Part shown: one piece after another, positions 46,600 to 61,465 of the stretch
Position numbering within the stretch: position 1 is the stretch's first letter
Layout of the letters: each line of letters opens with the position of its first letter
Assembly (NCBI RefSeq): GCF_009914755.1
Contig: NC_060929.1
Direction: 5' to 3' (one strand)
Source of the DNA: the human T2T-CHM13v2.0 reference genome, Homo sapiens
Length of the DNA: 64,000 nt
The notes under the pieces: generated by a model
Seen by the model: only the letters and a program-made list of their open reading frames with translations
What the model was told of the DNA's origin: nothing
The model's database searches: none
Translations under genes and position numbers: made by a program

Positions 46600-47239
46600 T
46601 GTACACCAAAATTAAAACTCTAAGCCCCCACCGCACCCCACCGCCAACCATCTGAATGGGCCCCTCCTCTAGGCCAGGGCACTCCAAAGTTAACCTGAAA
46701 AGCTGATTTAGGCCATGGTGGGAAGTGGGGTCAGACATGGCTCATTATACCCTCTTCCCTTTTAGAATTCAGGAAAACCCAGCCAGCGTTTAATATCAAC
46801 ACAGATCTTAAGTGTGATGAGAAACGTTTATAATCTGTTATCTCTGAAGCCTGCTACCTGGAGGCTTCATCTGCAAGATAAAACTTTGGTCTCCACAACA
46901 CTTTATCATAACCCAGACATTTCTTTTTATTGATAATAACTATTTCAATCAATTGCCAATCAGAAAAATTTTAAATCTACCTATAACCTGAAACCCCTCT
47001 CCCCCTCACGGTCCCCTGCTTCAAATTGTCCTGCCTTTCTGGACCAAACTAATTTACATCTTAAATGTGGTTAATTGATGTCTCATGTTTCCCAAAATGT
47101 ATACAACTAGGCTGTGCTTTGACCACCTTGGGCACATGTCCTCAGTATCTCCTGAGGGCTGTGTCGCAGGCCACTGATCACTCATGTTTGAATCAAAATA
47201 AATCTCAAATATTTCAGAGTTTCACTCTTTTTGTTTACA
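46600..47239 (+). mobile_element. MER4-family (MER4B/E-like) ERV1 solo LTR
   Basis: TGTACACCAAAATTAAAACTCTAAGCCCCC...CCATCTGAATGG...; GACCACCTTGGGCACATG; ends TTTACA. Confidence 0.82.
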
Positions 47240-47869
47240 TCAGGATAGGTCAGTTCATGTTAACTTACTTTCCTGGTGGGATGGTGTTGAAGAGAGCCTG
47301 AGAACTTCTCAAAAACAAGGAAGAAAAGGTAACAGCAGACAAAAAAAGACAGACTAGCATCAATACGTTCTCCCTTGTTATCCCCATCTTGAGAAGGGGG
47401 CACATGGATTTGCCCTTTGATCTTGCACTCTCACCTAGAACACAACCACACTGGCCTATTACACTCCATAGACCTCAAACCACACTAATCCACTATTTAC
47501 ATTCACTTTCACCAGTTACCAGGGGAAAATAGCACATGTGGGGTTACAAAGGCTACATGATTGGGCTACCCAATTAGAACTTCACTGTGAAACTTCAGGA
47601 CAAAATGCAGATCTGAAGATCATCCCAAAATGCCCAATAATGTTGGCTATGCTGACCCCAGCTGCTGGACTCCATTCCTTCTATGCAAGCTAAGTTCTCA
47701 GGCAAAAGTCTCTTGGAGTGTTTCTGCAGGGAGCAGAGAGCAAACTCTGCCCTCCAAGTTCTGTATCTTTGCCCTTAAAACTCAGCTCTCTGAAGGGAAC
47801 CATATAATATTTCTGTAATATCTCTCATAAGCAAGTAAAGATCCCTCCTTAGACTCCCTTAATTCACCT

Positions 47870-49545
47870 CCAACTACTGCTTTGTTCCTCAGCAACCCTT
47901 TAGAGAAAAACCTCTAAATAGAGTTGTCTGTTCTTACTGTCTTCACTTCCTTGGCTCTCATTGTGGTTTCAGCACACACTGATTGAGTGTTCACCCCTCT
48001 CACTCCCCTGAACTTGGCCTTCTCCAGACACCAGTGATCTCCATCTTAATTTACCTGTAACCATCATTGTAGCAGGTTATCACCTCCTTCCCCTTGAAAA
48101 TTCTTCAGATCTCACTGGACATCTCCATTCTGCCTCTATTGATGACTCCTTTACTTCTTCCAACATTTTACCTCAGTCTTCAACACTCTTGTCTATCTAC
48201 TCCCCTCTCCTTGAGTGGTCTCACTCAGTTCCATGGCTTTAAATACATTTAGATATTGAATCTCAAACCTACATCTTTACATTGGCTTAAATCTCCAGCT
48301 GCCTACTTGACATCTATGCTTGGTGAACCCTAGTCAGCCTCTCCACACTTCCTTGTTTCAATAAATGGCCCCAATATTCACCTAGTTTTTCAGACTCAAG
48401 GCATAGGAGATATTTTTACTCTTTTCTTTACACCACACCTCCAACTCATCAGAAACTTCCATTTATTCCACCTTCAAAATTTATTTCAAACTTCACCACT
48501 GTTTACCACTTTCACTGCTGCTATCTATACCAAAGAAACCATCTTTGTTCACCTAAATCCCTGCGGTAGGCTTGCACCTGGACTCCCTGATTCCTTTTAT
48601 ACTCTTAAGTGGTCAGGTCTCCAGATAGCAACTAGAATGATCTGCCTAAAACATAAATCAGATAATGCCTCACCCCTGCCTCAAAGTCCTACATAACACT
48701 TTGGATTTTGGTTGTTGTTTTTGTTTTGTTTTTTGAGATAGGGTCTTGCTCTGTCACACAGGATGGAGTACAGTAGCATAATCACAGCTTACTGCAGCCT
48801 CGACCTCCTGGCTCAAGCAGTCCTCCTGCCTCAGCAACCTGAGTAGCTGGGACTACAAGTGTGCAACGTCAAGCCAGGCTAATTTTTTATTTTTCGTAGA
48901 CATGGGAGTCTCACTACATTGCCGAGGCTGTCCTCCAACTCCTAGGTCCAAGCAATACTCCTGCCTTGACCTCCCAAAGTTTTGTGTTTACAAGAGTGAG
49001 CCACCATAATAGGCTTCCCATAATACTTTGAATGAAACCCAAACTCCTTACCATGTCCTATAAGGTCTAAAATAACTGGCTTTTGCCTATTTCTCCAGTT
49101 TCACCTCTTTTTATTTTCTGGCTCACTTCTGCCAGTTTGACCAAATTGACCTTCTTCCTTTTCCTACAGCAGATCAAGCTCATTCTGTGCTGGATTGTCA
49201 CTCTGTCCAGAATGCCCTTCTCCCTAGACATTCATATGGCTCACACTCTCCCATCTTTCCAATGTCCACTCTCTTGTCACCTTCCCAGAGAGACCTCCCT
49301 GACTGCTTCATCTTAAATAACCACCCTCTCCATCTCCTTACTCTCCAGCCTATTAACATGTTGTTACATTTCTTCGTACTTTTCCTAACAGTATATTACA
49401 TATGTATTTGTTTATTGTTCTTTCTCCTCTCTCCTACATGAAAACAAGGAAATTGTTCATTGTTAAATTCTATATGCCCAACATCTAGAACTAAGCCAAG
49501 CACTTAGTATGAGCTCAATAAATATTTGCTAAGTGAATGAGTGTA
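47870..49545 (+). mobile_element. L2 LINE 3' portion (interrupted by AluJ)
   Basis: CCAGCTGCCTACTTGACATCT, AAAACATAAATCAGATAATG, terminal GCTCAATAAATATTTGCTAAGTGAATGA. Confidence 0.8.
48705..49012 (-). mobile_element. AluJ
   Basis: ATCACAGCTTACTGCAGCCTCGACCTCCTGGCTCAAGC; TSD CATAA(C/T)ACTTTG. Confidence 0.9.
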
Positions 49546-50524
49546 TTGAGCATGGGTGACTGAAAGATGGCTAACAGTTAAAGGCAGGGTCTTGGAAAGT
49601 ATATCCCAGAGAGAAGTGAACTCCCAGATAGCAAGTCTGCTTAAAGAAACTGACCTTCTCTCTGATTTGCAGACTATATGAAGCCATTACTGAAATGTCA
49701 CCTGGGGATTGCTAGTGACTGTTCTTCAAACCTGTCTGAATAGTTACTGAAAGCCAAGCTTTTAACTACCATTTTCAGATAATAACAGGAAGTAGAAGAG
49801 ACAGTCAGATGACCAGCATCAGAACAGCTCTGTAGCAAAAGGCACGTGAGAAAGGAACCATGCATATCCCAGTCTGAGTTTATCCTAGGATTTAACAAAG
49901 TGAAGAACAGAACACAGGAAAATTAGCAACATATCAGAGAGAGGGAAAAAAAAAAAAGATCAACAGAGAAATAAATAAAAACAAATTAAATCTGTGTTTA
50001 AAATTTTAAATTTGTATAAATATTTTAAGTAGTGATGCTTAGTTTCGGCATTCATTTCATATGCTGTTTCATGTTGTCCACATGAAGGTAAGTCAGATTG
50101 TTACATATCAAAATATGAGGGCACAGAATGGTGTGTCTGCTGCTGGATAGACACGGGTGAGTTGCTGGCTGCTGTCAATAGAATCACAAGAGAAAGGACA
50201 GTTGTTATAGTGTCTTTGCACAGACAGGGTGTGGCGCTCACCTGAATGGAGATTGGATTTTATGAGGCACTGACGTGGCTCCTGACGGTAAGTCAGATGT
50301 CTCACCCCAGCCTCGATGACCTCTCTCCCTCGTCATGCTCCTGCCTCTCCCTGCAGGAACTCCAGCCTCTTCTGTAATATCTAGCCCAGATCTTCCTTCT
50401 GGTTATGACTTCCTCAATGTCCTGATTTCCCACATGAAATGTCACAAAGCATTTTTTCTGATTTTTCTAATATAATATCTTTCCATAAAACAATGAATAC
50501 CTCCAGGTCTAAATGTGGGCTGTG

Positions 50525-50695
50525 TGGCTGTGTGATACAGTAGCCCCTAGCCATATGTGGCTATTTAAATGTAAATTTATCAATATTAAACAAATTTTAA
50601 AATTTAATTCCTAGTCACAGTATCACATTTCAAGTGCTCACTATCCTGGTGGTAAAGGACTACTATATTGCACAATGCAAGTAGAGAATGTTTCT
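50525..50695. mobile_element. MER3-like DNA transposon
   Basis: GTAGCCCCTAGCCATATGTGGCTATTTAAAT...CACATTTCAAGTGCTCA...ACTATATTG. Confidence 0.7.
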
Positions 50696-51200
50696 GTGAG
50701 ACAAAATAGTAAATGTAAGAAGCTGTGTTTGTTCATTCTTGCCAGCAGAATTTCACATAATCCCTTGCCAGCAGAATTTCACAGAGCCCCTGACTTGGTG
50801 ACTGAGCACAGCCCTCCAAAAGAATGCCTTGAAAACGATAAGAAGGGGAGAGCACAGATTCCCATATCTCTTGCCTGAATCAGTGCATTTTTTAGAAAAG
50901 ATAAGTTCAATGATTCTGGTCCTTGCCTTTTTCTGTACAAAAAATAATGTACAACGGGATTAATGATTATGCCTCTGTAATCTATAACCAGATGTACCCT
51001 CACATCCAAACTTTGATGACATTTTGTTTGCTTGTAACTTCTGAGCACACGTAATGTAATTCCGAGCACATTTGATGTAACTTCTGAGCACATACTGAGC
51101 TGCCACCACCTGTATATAAGCAGTGGATTGAAACACTACTTTGGTGCAGTCTGACAGAAACTCCTTGAAAGACTCCTATGGGATTGCAATTCTCATTAAG
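50695..51200 (+). mobile_element. ERV LTR, family uncertain, with internal short duplications
   Basis: TG start, TATATAA box at ~51113, duplicated CTTGCCAGCAGAATTTCACA and TGTAACTTCTGAGCACA. Confidence 0.55.
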
Positions 51201-51823
51201 TCCACAATTCTATTACCTCCAAAGTTCTTTTATATAGTACTGTCCTAGATTAAATGGCAGTAAATGTATGGGGTAAAAACAAACAAAAAAATTACTGAAA
51301 AAAATGATATGTTATCCTGCAAACAGTGAGGGATAAAAAGAACTGAAGATATTATCCTGAAGAATCCTGGAATATAAGAACTCGACCCAGAAACTGAGAC
51401 TAGCAAATGACAAGGAATAGCGAGTGGGATAGAAAGAAAAACATAAGAATGTGACATCACAGATGCAGAGGAAAGAAGAGCTTTCAGGAAGGAAAGAGTG
51501 TGCAGTAATTTCAGTGCTGTTGAGAAGTCAAGTGAGATAATGATTGAAAGTATGCATTAGATGTAGTGATTAGGAAGAGATGTTGGTGATTTGAAGAAGA
51601 GAACCTTTTGAGGAATTGTGGGGGCATAAGCCGGACTGCAATGGGTAGAAATGTGACTGGGAAAGCGAAAAAGAAAAGGGCAAATATAGACAACTCTGCA
51701 AAAATAATAGTAATAATAATGGTTATGAAATACAGGAGAAATGGGAAAGTTGAAGAATGATACAGTCTAGGGTAATGGTTTTAATGAGAAAATATGACTA
51801 CGTTACAAGTTAATACAAGAACT

Positions 51824-52075
51824 CTTTTTTTTTTTTTTTTTTTTTTGAGACAGAGCCTTACTCTGTTGCCCAGGCTGGAGTGTATTGGTGCAATCCTGGC
51901 TCACTGCAACCTCTGGCTCGCCTCCCGAGTAGCTGGGATTACAGGTGTGCACTACGACGTAGAGAGGGGATTTCGCCTTGTTGGCCAGGCTGGTCTTGAA
52001 CTCCTGGCCTCAAGCAATCTGCCCCTGCTCAGCCTCCCAACATGCTGGTATTGCAGGTGTGAGCCACTGCACCCG
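51824..52075 (-). mobile_element. Alu (S/J) with two internal deletions
   Basis: Antisense Alu lacking the GGGTTCAAGCGATTCTCC segment and the A-rich linker; TSD ACAAGTTAATA(CA/TG)AGAACTCTT. Confidence 0.88.
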
Positions 52076-53244
52076 ACAAGTTAATATGAGAACTCTTCTA
52101 AGCAAAATGAAGTAAATCCTGTAAGCCAATATTTCACTGTAAGAATGGGAAAAGCTGGAAATTTAAAACTATCATATTTTTAGGGGATTTGGAGACCTGT
52201 AGAATCAAAGAGAACTAGATAAACTAAAATTCCAGGGGAAAGAAAACTGTTTCAAGATGAGTCAAAAATGGTCAGCCCATCCTCCCGCACCCCCTACTCC
52301 TGTCCCACATACACATAACACTTTAACAAAAAAAAAAAAGAAAGAAAGAAAATATTTTCTGAGGCTTTACTATACAAATTATCTCATAACCCATGTTTTC
52401 CTCTGGCTATGCATCCACCACCCTTACTGAGAAGATAAGGAATCCCACCTGGTCCTATGGCTCCACCTAGTGTCGCCATTGGGGAGCAATTTAACTGCCT
52501 TGAGACTAGCTACAGAGGTTGGTTGGGAATGATGTATTTGCTTTACTGTCTTGCCTTCCTCTTCTAGGAGATCATGATTAGCAGCCTTAAAGAAGAGTCT
52601 GTGATTAATTAGACCTGAACCTCTCCTCACAGGAAACGAGTGAGAACATTTTCATTCCAAAGGGATAAAAAGGAATCCCATATTGTGACTTGGGAGCTGG
52701 ATATATAGGTAGCATATGAGAGGATCTGCATGGGAAAGGGGGTGAACTGCTTTGAGACGCAAACTTATGCATCTTTTCAATAACTTTTCTTTCTCCCTCT
52801 TGATTTAATGCTACTTTTGGTCTTGGGTGGAAAATTTCCCCACTAAGTATGGGAGCTGATGTCCAGAAAGGTCAGGAGACTGAATGTGACAATCCAGAAG
52901 GGCAGGAGTTAGCTCCTCCAAGGGTAAAATATGACCAGTGAAGAACAAGGACCAAGCAAATAAGTGACTTCTTTTTTTCTTCAGCAAGCCGTCCAAGGTA
53001 TGGCTTTTCCTTACAATCCAGCTGGAGAAGCCCTGCACCAAGTAGCCACCTGCTGACTTCTTGGCTTGTGAAGGCAGAGGCAGCACAATGGCACCCATCA
53101 CATCACACTGCTTAGTATCTTCCCTTCCCTCACCTCCGTCCCTCCTTTCCAATAACTGACCTGAGTGTGCACAACCCAAATGAGCCGCTGGCATCTTAAT
53201 CCTAGCTTCAGCCTCTGCTTTCTAGAGAACCTGCCTAAAACACT

Positions 53245-53618
53245 CTCTCTCTATATATATATATACACACATATCTATATCTATAGATATATACATATGT
53301 ATGTGTATACACATAGATATAGATATATATTTAGACAGAGTCTTGCTCTGTCACTCAAACTGGAATGTAGTGGTGCCATCATAGTTCACTGCAGCCTTGA
53401 ACTCCTGGGTTCCAGCAACCCTCCTGCATCAGTCCCCTGTGTAGCTAAGACTACAGGGGCACGCCACCACACCTGGCTAATTTTTTTTTAATATATTTCT
53501 TAAAGAAACAGGGACTTGCTCTGTTGCCTAGAGTGGTCTCAAACTCCTAGCCTTAAAAAAATTCTCCTGCCTCAGCCTCCCAAAGTGTTATGATTACAGG
53601 CATTCAATGCACCCGGCC
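53245..53618 (-). mobile_element. AluJ with (TA)n/(TC)n-converted tail
   Basis: ATCATAGTTCACTGCAGCCTTGAACTCCTGGG; TA-rich tail at 53245-53330. Confidence 0.88.
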
Positions 53619-53639
53619 TATCTCTCTCTCTCTCTTTTT

Positions 53640-54262
53640 AAAAAATCTATAATAGTCTCCCCTCCACTTTTTCCTTAAAATGTATTTGTTAAAGAAATTC
53701 TGTTGTAAGTTTGACACTCTAGGTTTGACTAATTACATCCCCAGGGTGTAATTCTCTTGGCTGGTAGTTACAAGTGAAGCTAGATCAAATTGAAGTCTGA
53801 GCTTTTTTGGCAATAATACTTTTTAGATTGAGCCGGAGACTCATATTGTGTCATTTTATTGTCTGGTTGTCTCCACTTAGTGGTTTTAAAAGTGTCAGCC
53901 CAATCCATTTATTATAAAGTTCCCCATCAGATTATCACCTGATGATTTCAGGAGCCATTGAAGGACATTATCTAGATTCATTACTTCATTGGGGATTACA
54001 AACGGTGATATTATGATTTTCTCATTCCTTTATTAGATAGACTTCTTATAAAAGGAAGGACATTTTCTTATCAACTATTTGTTTATCCTGAAATATAGTT
54101 GTGCAAGAAAATCAGGATAAATATTTAATGTTTTCTTTTATTTACCAGTTTCCCAATAATTCTTTTGTGTTCTAAAAACTTTCCATGTGTACAATGAGTT
54201 ATTTTGTAGTATCATTATGGATTTTCACATATTTAATATGTTTCCAATCATTTTCAGCTATA
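53640..54262 (-). mobile_element. L1ME 3'UTR fragment
   Basis: CCATTTATTATAAAGTTCCCCATCAG...GATTCATTACTTCATTGGGGATTACAAACGGTGATATT. Confidence 0.6.
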
Positions 54263-54432
54263 TGGAGGAAGCAGCAGAGAAGGGCAAATTTTAAAAAGTG
54301 GAAGAAAACTGGTATGCATATTTTCAACCAAGTGAAAACGTCAAGGAGGTTAAAGTAATCAACTGGGTCAAATGCTGCTGAGAGGTCAAATAAGGTAAGA
54401 TGAGGACTTGAAGCTGGTGACCATACATTTAA

Positions 54433-54744
<312 letters not shown>

Positions 54745-55051
54745 TAGCCTGCATGCAAGAATGAGTAAAGTTCCCATAAACAAAAAAGTACAGTTAGTGC
54801 TGTTGGCTATTTTGCTGTTTCACTTTTACAGTAGTACTAGAGAAGAGACTAAACCCAGGCCTATGGGGCAGAGGTATGTTTATTTATGGAAGTAACAGTG
54901 AGGGGGTGGTGTTTGGATTAAAAGAGAGTGGAAGGGAAACCCAAAGGGTGATTTTGGGGGCAGCCTGGTTGGGAAGGAGAAGTCACTCAATTTTTCACCT
55001 CTATTCAGTTTACCAGTTTTGTCTTCTGTTGTTGAACTGGACATTTCACTC

Positions 55052-55812
55052 CCTTTTGTTTGTTATTTAGTTTTTATTTCATAATCATAAACAACTCTGC
55101 AATCCAGCTAGGCATGGAAGGGAACAAGGAAAACATGGAACCCAAAGGGAACTGCAGCGAGAGCACAAAGATTATAGGATACTGCAAGCAAATGGGGTGG
55201 AGAGGTCCTCTCCTGAGCTACAGAAGGAATGGTCTGGTGGTTAAGATAAAACACAAGTCAAACTTATTAGAATTGTCCACAGTCAGAAATGGTGGTCTTC
55301 TTGCTGGTCTTGCCATTCCCAGATCCAAAGTGCTCCATGGCCTCCACAATATTCCTGCCTTCTTTCACCTTGCCAAAGAGCACATGCTTGCCATCCAACC
55401 ACTCAGTCTTGGCAGTGTAGATGAAAAACTGGGAACCATTTGTGTTGGGTCCAGCACTTTCCATGGACAAGATGCCAGGACCTGTATGCTTTAGTATGAA
55501 GTTCTCATCATCAAATTTCTCCCCATAGATGGACTTGCCACCAGTGCCATTATGCTGTGTGCAGTCACCACCCTGATACATAAACCCTGGAATAATTCTG
55601 TGAAAGCAGGAACCCTTATAACCAAATCATTTCTCTCCACTGCTCGGAACACGAAAGTTTTCTGCTATCTGTGGAAACTTGTCTGCAAACAGCTCAAAGG
55701 AGACACGGCCCAAGGGCTCACCGTCAACAGAGATGTCAGTGTCGAAGAACATGGTGGGGTTGACCATGGCTGATAGTACAGGGCTTCTGGCAGCGGTGGC
55801 ATCTGCAAAGCC
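55052..55812 (-). pseudogene. PPIA: Processed pseudogene of cyclophilin A (PPIA)
   Basis: Intronless [10 protein letters not shown]...[53 protein letters not shown]; CDS 55767-55267 with in-frame TGA at 55627-55629; UTRs, AATAAA and TSD CATTTCACTC at 55042-55051 and 55813-55822. Confidence 0.97.
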
Positions 55813-56714
55813 CATTTCACTCTTGAAATGCACTTTTAAATAAAACAATCTCACCTGGGTGTCTACTTCAGTAACGTTTCCTTGGGGAAGCCAGGCCATT
55901 AAATATGCCTCTCTGCTTACCTCATGTGCCTCAGTGTTCTTCCCCTGCAGGAGGAATCCTCAACAATTCATTCTGGGTTAAAATTTGCTTCAGGGTGCCT
56001 TCAAAAATAGAATGACTTAGGCCAATCTTGCCTTTTGAAATGCTCCAAATGAGACATGTTCCCTGTATCTGAAAAGTCTGACTGGGTAGGACAGTCACAG
56101 GAAAGACCTTTTAAATATTGACAAGTTTACGTATTAATAAGCCCATTTTCATGCATCACTCTAGTGCCCCTCCTCAATTTTTTGATCAGTCAATATCTCT
56201 CCCAATCACAGAGCAAAATCATAAATGGCATGTTAGTATTCTGAATCCAGTGCTTTTTTAAAAATGTGTTATAATCTAATAGTGTTTGTCAGGAACTCAA
56301 CATTGGTTGGGCATTTGAAAATCAATCAATATTATTCCTCACGTTAACAGCAGAAAAAATATAAGATAATCTCAGTAGATACCAAAAAATTTTTTTAATT
56401 CAACCCTGTATATTATTAATGTAAAAATCATCTTAGCAAATTAGAAACAGTGAATTCCCTTAATTTGATACATCATATCTATAAGAGATGTACACATAAC
56501 ATCTCACCAAATTGTAAAATATTAAAATATTGAAAACTAACAATTTCTTATTGAAATAGGAAAACTCCCAATAACTGGACCCATTCTCTCACCCCCTGCC
56601 CCACGCTCTTACCACCTCACCTGATAAAAATCCAAGGAGTTTCAATAGTGCCTTCCAGAATGATAACATTTTCACCATAATCCTATCACCGCCTGAAGCA
56701 ATTAGCAAGGTAAA

Positions 56715-56830
56715 TAAGTGTTAATCCCCACATGATTGGATTTTGGTATCCGACTTCCTGTACAAGACAGAATGCTACAAAAACCCACAGTCAGGGAAGA
56801 ACTGAGCCATTTGCTGTTTTCCTAGGCTAG
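56715..56830 (+). promoter_or_regulatory. Candidate core promoter of left-arm unit
   Basis: TAATCC 56722-56727, ATTGG (CCAAT) 56735-56739, ETS-like ACTTCCTG 56753-56760, TACAAAAA 56776-56783; strongly conserved with the right arm. Confidence 0.45.
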
Positions 56831-56870
56831 CTGTGTGACTGAGCCGGTCAGGCCTTGGGAGGCTGAGGCT

Positions 56871-57540
56871 ATGGAGTTCCATCCATCAACCTTGGAAGAG
56901 CTGTCTTGGAGGCAGGCAGGTCCAGAGCCCCACATGCCATGGGACCTGAATCGAGAGCAAGCCTGGGCCTGGGCACTGGATAACTTCCCTGTGCTGAGCC
57001 GCCACTCCTGCCAATGCCATCAGCTCTGCGGGAGCTCTGCTGCGAGCTGGCTGCTGGACGGCACCCACACGGGGCACAGAGCCCTTCCCGGAAATGAGAG
57101 GGGCCAAAAACGCCCTCGAGATTCCCATGTCCAGGAGTCAATGGTGAAACCACAAAGGGGCTCCAGTCACCTCAAGAAGACGCAGATGCTACCGACGGTG
57201 GGGTCCAAAGCGGCCTGAACCAGCCCGGAGATGCCAGCGCCTGCGGAGGTGGAAGTACACATGCCCAGGGCGCCCTCTGCAGTTCAGGCCGCTCCCGGAA
57301 GCTGCTGAAAATCCACGATTCCATCAGGAAGGAACTCGGAAAGGAGAGGAACCCCAGCCTTGCTGCAGGCCTGCAGTAGGACCCGCTTCAACTGCTGTTC
57401 TGGAAGGAGCCCGAGGCACCCCAGTGGGGACCCTCTTGCCGTCCCTGCGGACATTTGCACTGGAACTGTGCCCTGCACACATGAGAGCCTTGAGGTCTCT
57501 GCTGTGGAGATCATTCTTTAATTTGTTCTTCCTCTCCTGA
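56871..57540 (+). pseudogene. Disabled copy A of an unrecognised ~226-aa single-exon ORF
   Basis: GCTATGG Kozak; MEFHPSTLEELSWRQ...; -1 nt at ~57144 and -10 nt at ~57290 relative to copy B; restored frame ends ...LLWRSFFNLFFLS-TGA. Confidence 0.6.
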
Positions 57541-57740
57541 ACGTCCTAAACATTTTTCATTTAGAAAAACTCTCTTCATGGAATGAATAATGTGTAATAT
57601 GCTTAGGAACTGTTCTTTTAGATCTACTCAAAATTGCTATGGTCCCTCCATTGAAACTATACACTCTGATTAAAGCCTTTCCCTTATCCTCCACCTGTGG
57701 AGTTGATTTTTGAGCTGGTAGATCAAGATTGCTATAGATG

Positions 57741-58188
<448 letters not shown>

Positions 58189-59324
58189 TTATTTTGAAGG
58201 CAAACTCTGTGGCTTTCTTTATAGTTAGACAATCAGTAAGGAGAGGGAGAGAAGGAAAAGCAGACTGTGAGACTTCAGAATTACATTGCGGCACCTAAGC
58301 TTCTCTACATTGAAATTTAGAACTGTCACTATAGGAAAGAAAAATGTCTTCAGAGCTACACAAAGTTAATGCCAACCCCTAGTTTCTGGGTCTTGATTTC
58401 TAACATCTGCATGACAGTAAAATTTCAAAACCCAAAGCGTGATTTCTCCTGTATGCCTTTTTATCTAAGTCCAGAGATTTTGATGTGCATGGCTAGAGGC
58501 TGAAGCTATGGTGGTGCATAAATCTTTCTCCTGAGTCACCTACAGAAAGAAGTGAGTGTCAGATGCTGCCGGTCTTGAGATGGGTGGAGACTGTGAGAGC
58601 ATAGCCTCCCTGGGCCAAGTGACCATACCCATGAGCCTTCAGTTTTGCTGGATCTTAAAGTACAATTCATGTGCATCCTTGAGGTGGGCAAACTTCACAC
58701 TGGCAAGAGTCTACAGCTTCCTGGAATTGTCTGACCTGAAGCTGGTACCCTGGAACCTCATGGCTATCAATTCAAAAGGCACAGGGCTGAGGGGTCTTCC
58801 TCATGTCCCCCTAAATTTAATTTCCACCTGTACCCTGTTAATGTAAACTGCATACCATTCAAGGAGATTTTATTGATGACTGTTCTTTTCTGTCACCAGG
58901 GAGGTCATGGTCAGTTTCAAGAGAACTCCAGCACAGTGGTCCACTGCCCCTTCCCACTCTGTTGGTATCATCCACAACTATACAAAGGCACCCTGGAGTT
59001 CAGCCTCCAATTCTGACCTGTATCACAGACTTTTTCATGCTCCTACCCACCTATATGTACTTCTAATCTTGACTCCACCCAATCCAAATCAATTCCACAA
59101 GTTGAGAATAAGGAATAGGCTTCAGTTGTCATGTATAAAGAACTATGAATTCTGAGTTAACCTAAAAGTAAAGCTCCTTAGCATATTCTTGATTGCATAA
59201 AGATAGTTTTTATAATTGTGAAAACTTTAAGGCACTTTGGAGAGGAAGCACTAAATAAAGAATGATCTCCATCACAGAGGGCACAGTTTCAAGGAAGTTC
59301 ACAATAAAAAAAAAAAGTCAATTT

Positions 59325-59908
59325 TGTTCCCACTTATAAGTGGGAGCTGGATGATGAGAACACAAGAACATATAGAGGGGAAAAACAGACACTGGAGCCT
59401 ATCGGAGGGTGGATGGTAAATGGAGAGAGAGGCAGGAAAAATAACTAATGGGTACTAGGCTCCGTACTTGAGTGATTGATATGGTTTGGCTGTGTCCCCA
59501 CCCAAATCTCATCTTGAATTGTAGCTCCCATAATCCCCTTGTGTGTTGGGAGGGACCAAGTGGGAAGTAATAGAACCATGGGGCCGTTTTTCCCATGCCG
59601 TTCTCATGATAGTGAATAAGTCTCATGAGATCTGATGGTCTTACAAAGGGCAGTTCCCCTGCACATGCTCTGTTGCATGGTGCTATGTAAGACGTGCCTT
59701 TGCTCCTCCTTTCCCTTCTGCCATGATTGTGAGGCCCCTCCAGCCATATGGAACTGTGAGTCCATTAAGCCTCTTTTACTTTATAAATGACCCATTATTT
59801 CTCCTAGCAGTATGAAAATGGCCTAACACAGTGATGAAATACTGCATACAGCAAACCCCCATGACACATGTTCACCTAAACAACGATCCCACACATGTAC
59901 CCTGACTT
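59325..59908 (+). mobile_element. Old L1PA (PA15/16-like) 3'UTR fragment, interrupted by THE1
   Basis: CACTTATAAGTGGGAGCT...GATGAGAACAC...AATAACTAATGGGTACTAGGCT...AAACCCCCATGACAC. Confidence 0.8.
59477..59830 (+). mobile_element. THE1 (THE1C-like) MaLR solo LTR
   Basis: TGATATGGTTTGGCTGTGTCCCCACCCAAATCTCATCTTGAATTGTAGCTCCC...CTAACACA; 5-bp TSD GTGAT. Confidence 0.92.
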
Positions 59909-59909
59909 A

Positions 59910-60830
<921 letters not shown>

Positions 60831-60974
60831 GAGACAAAGAGGCTACACCTGCCCCACCTGACTCCCAGCATCCCAGCCAGCTTCACTGTGTGCCATCAAC
60901 CCCACGTGAAGGGCATCCCAACCTCCTCCTTCACCACTTATTATTATACGATGTAACTTATAAACAATTTAAAG

Positions 60975-61316
60975 CAGGGGTCTCAATCCCCCAGAAACAG
61001 ACTAATACCAGCCTGTGGACTAATAGGAACCAGGCCACACAGGAGGAGGTGAGCAGCAGGCAAGAAAGCATTACTGCCTGGGCTCTGCCTCCTGTCAGAT
61101 CAACTATGGCATTAGATTCTCATAGGAGCACCAACCTTAATGTGAACTGGCACTGCAAGGGATCTACCTTGCATGCTCCTCATAAGAATCTAATGCCTGA
61201 AGATCTGAGGTGGAACAGTTTCATCATAAAACATCCCCCCAACCCTTACCAGCCATCCATGGAAAAATTGCCTTCCACGCAACAAATCCCTGGTGCCAGA
61301 AAGGTTGGGGAGCTCG
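60975..61316. mobile_element. MER1B hAT DNA transposon
   Basis: CAGGGGTCTCAATCCCC...GGCATTAGATTCTCATAGGAGC...CCCTGGTGCCAGAAAGGTTGGGG; 8-bp TSD ATTTAAAG. Confidence 0.9.
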
Positions 61317-61465
61317 ATTTAAAGAACATTATTAATGTCTGTTTCCTGCCTTCATCTGGGAGGTCACAGTCAGCTTCGAAACTCCAGCAAGTGATCCACC
61401 CAGCTGTCCCCTCCCACCTTGTTAGTATCCACAGCTCCTGAAAGGCCCCCTGGGATTTAGACTAA

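Noticed and set aside
55060-55494. 144-aa + strand ORF
   Set aside because: Antisense shadow of the PPIA pseudogene
56871-57100. Vague similarity of the arm ORF to C12orf71 or to BC/SOCS-box motifs (LEELSWR)
   Set aside because: Only a few residues, not colinear or in one frame; cannot be supported without a search
60890-61441. 183-aa ORF
   Set aside because: Mostly runs through the non-coding MER1B transposon
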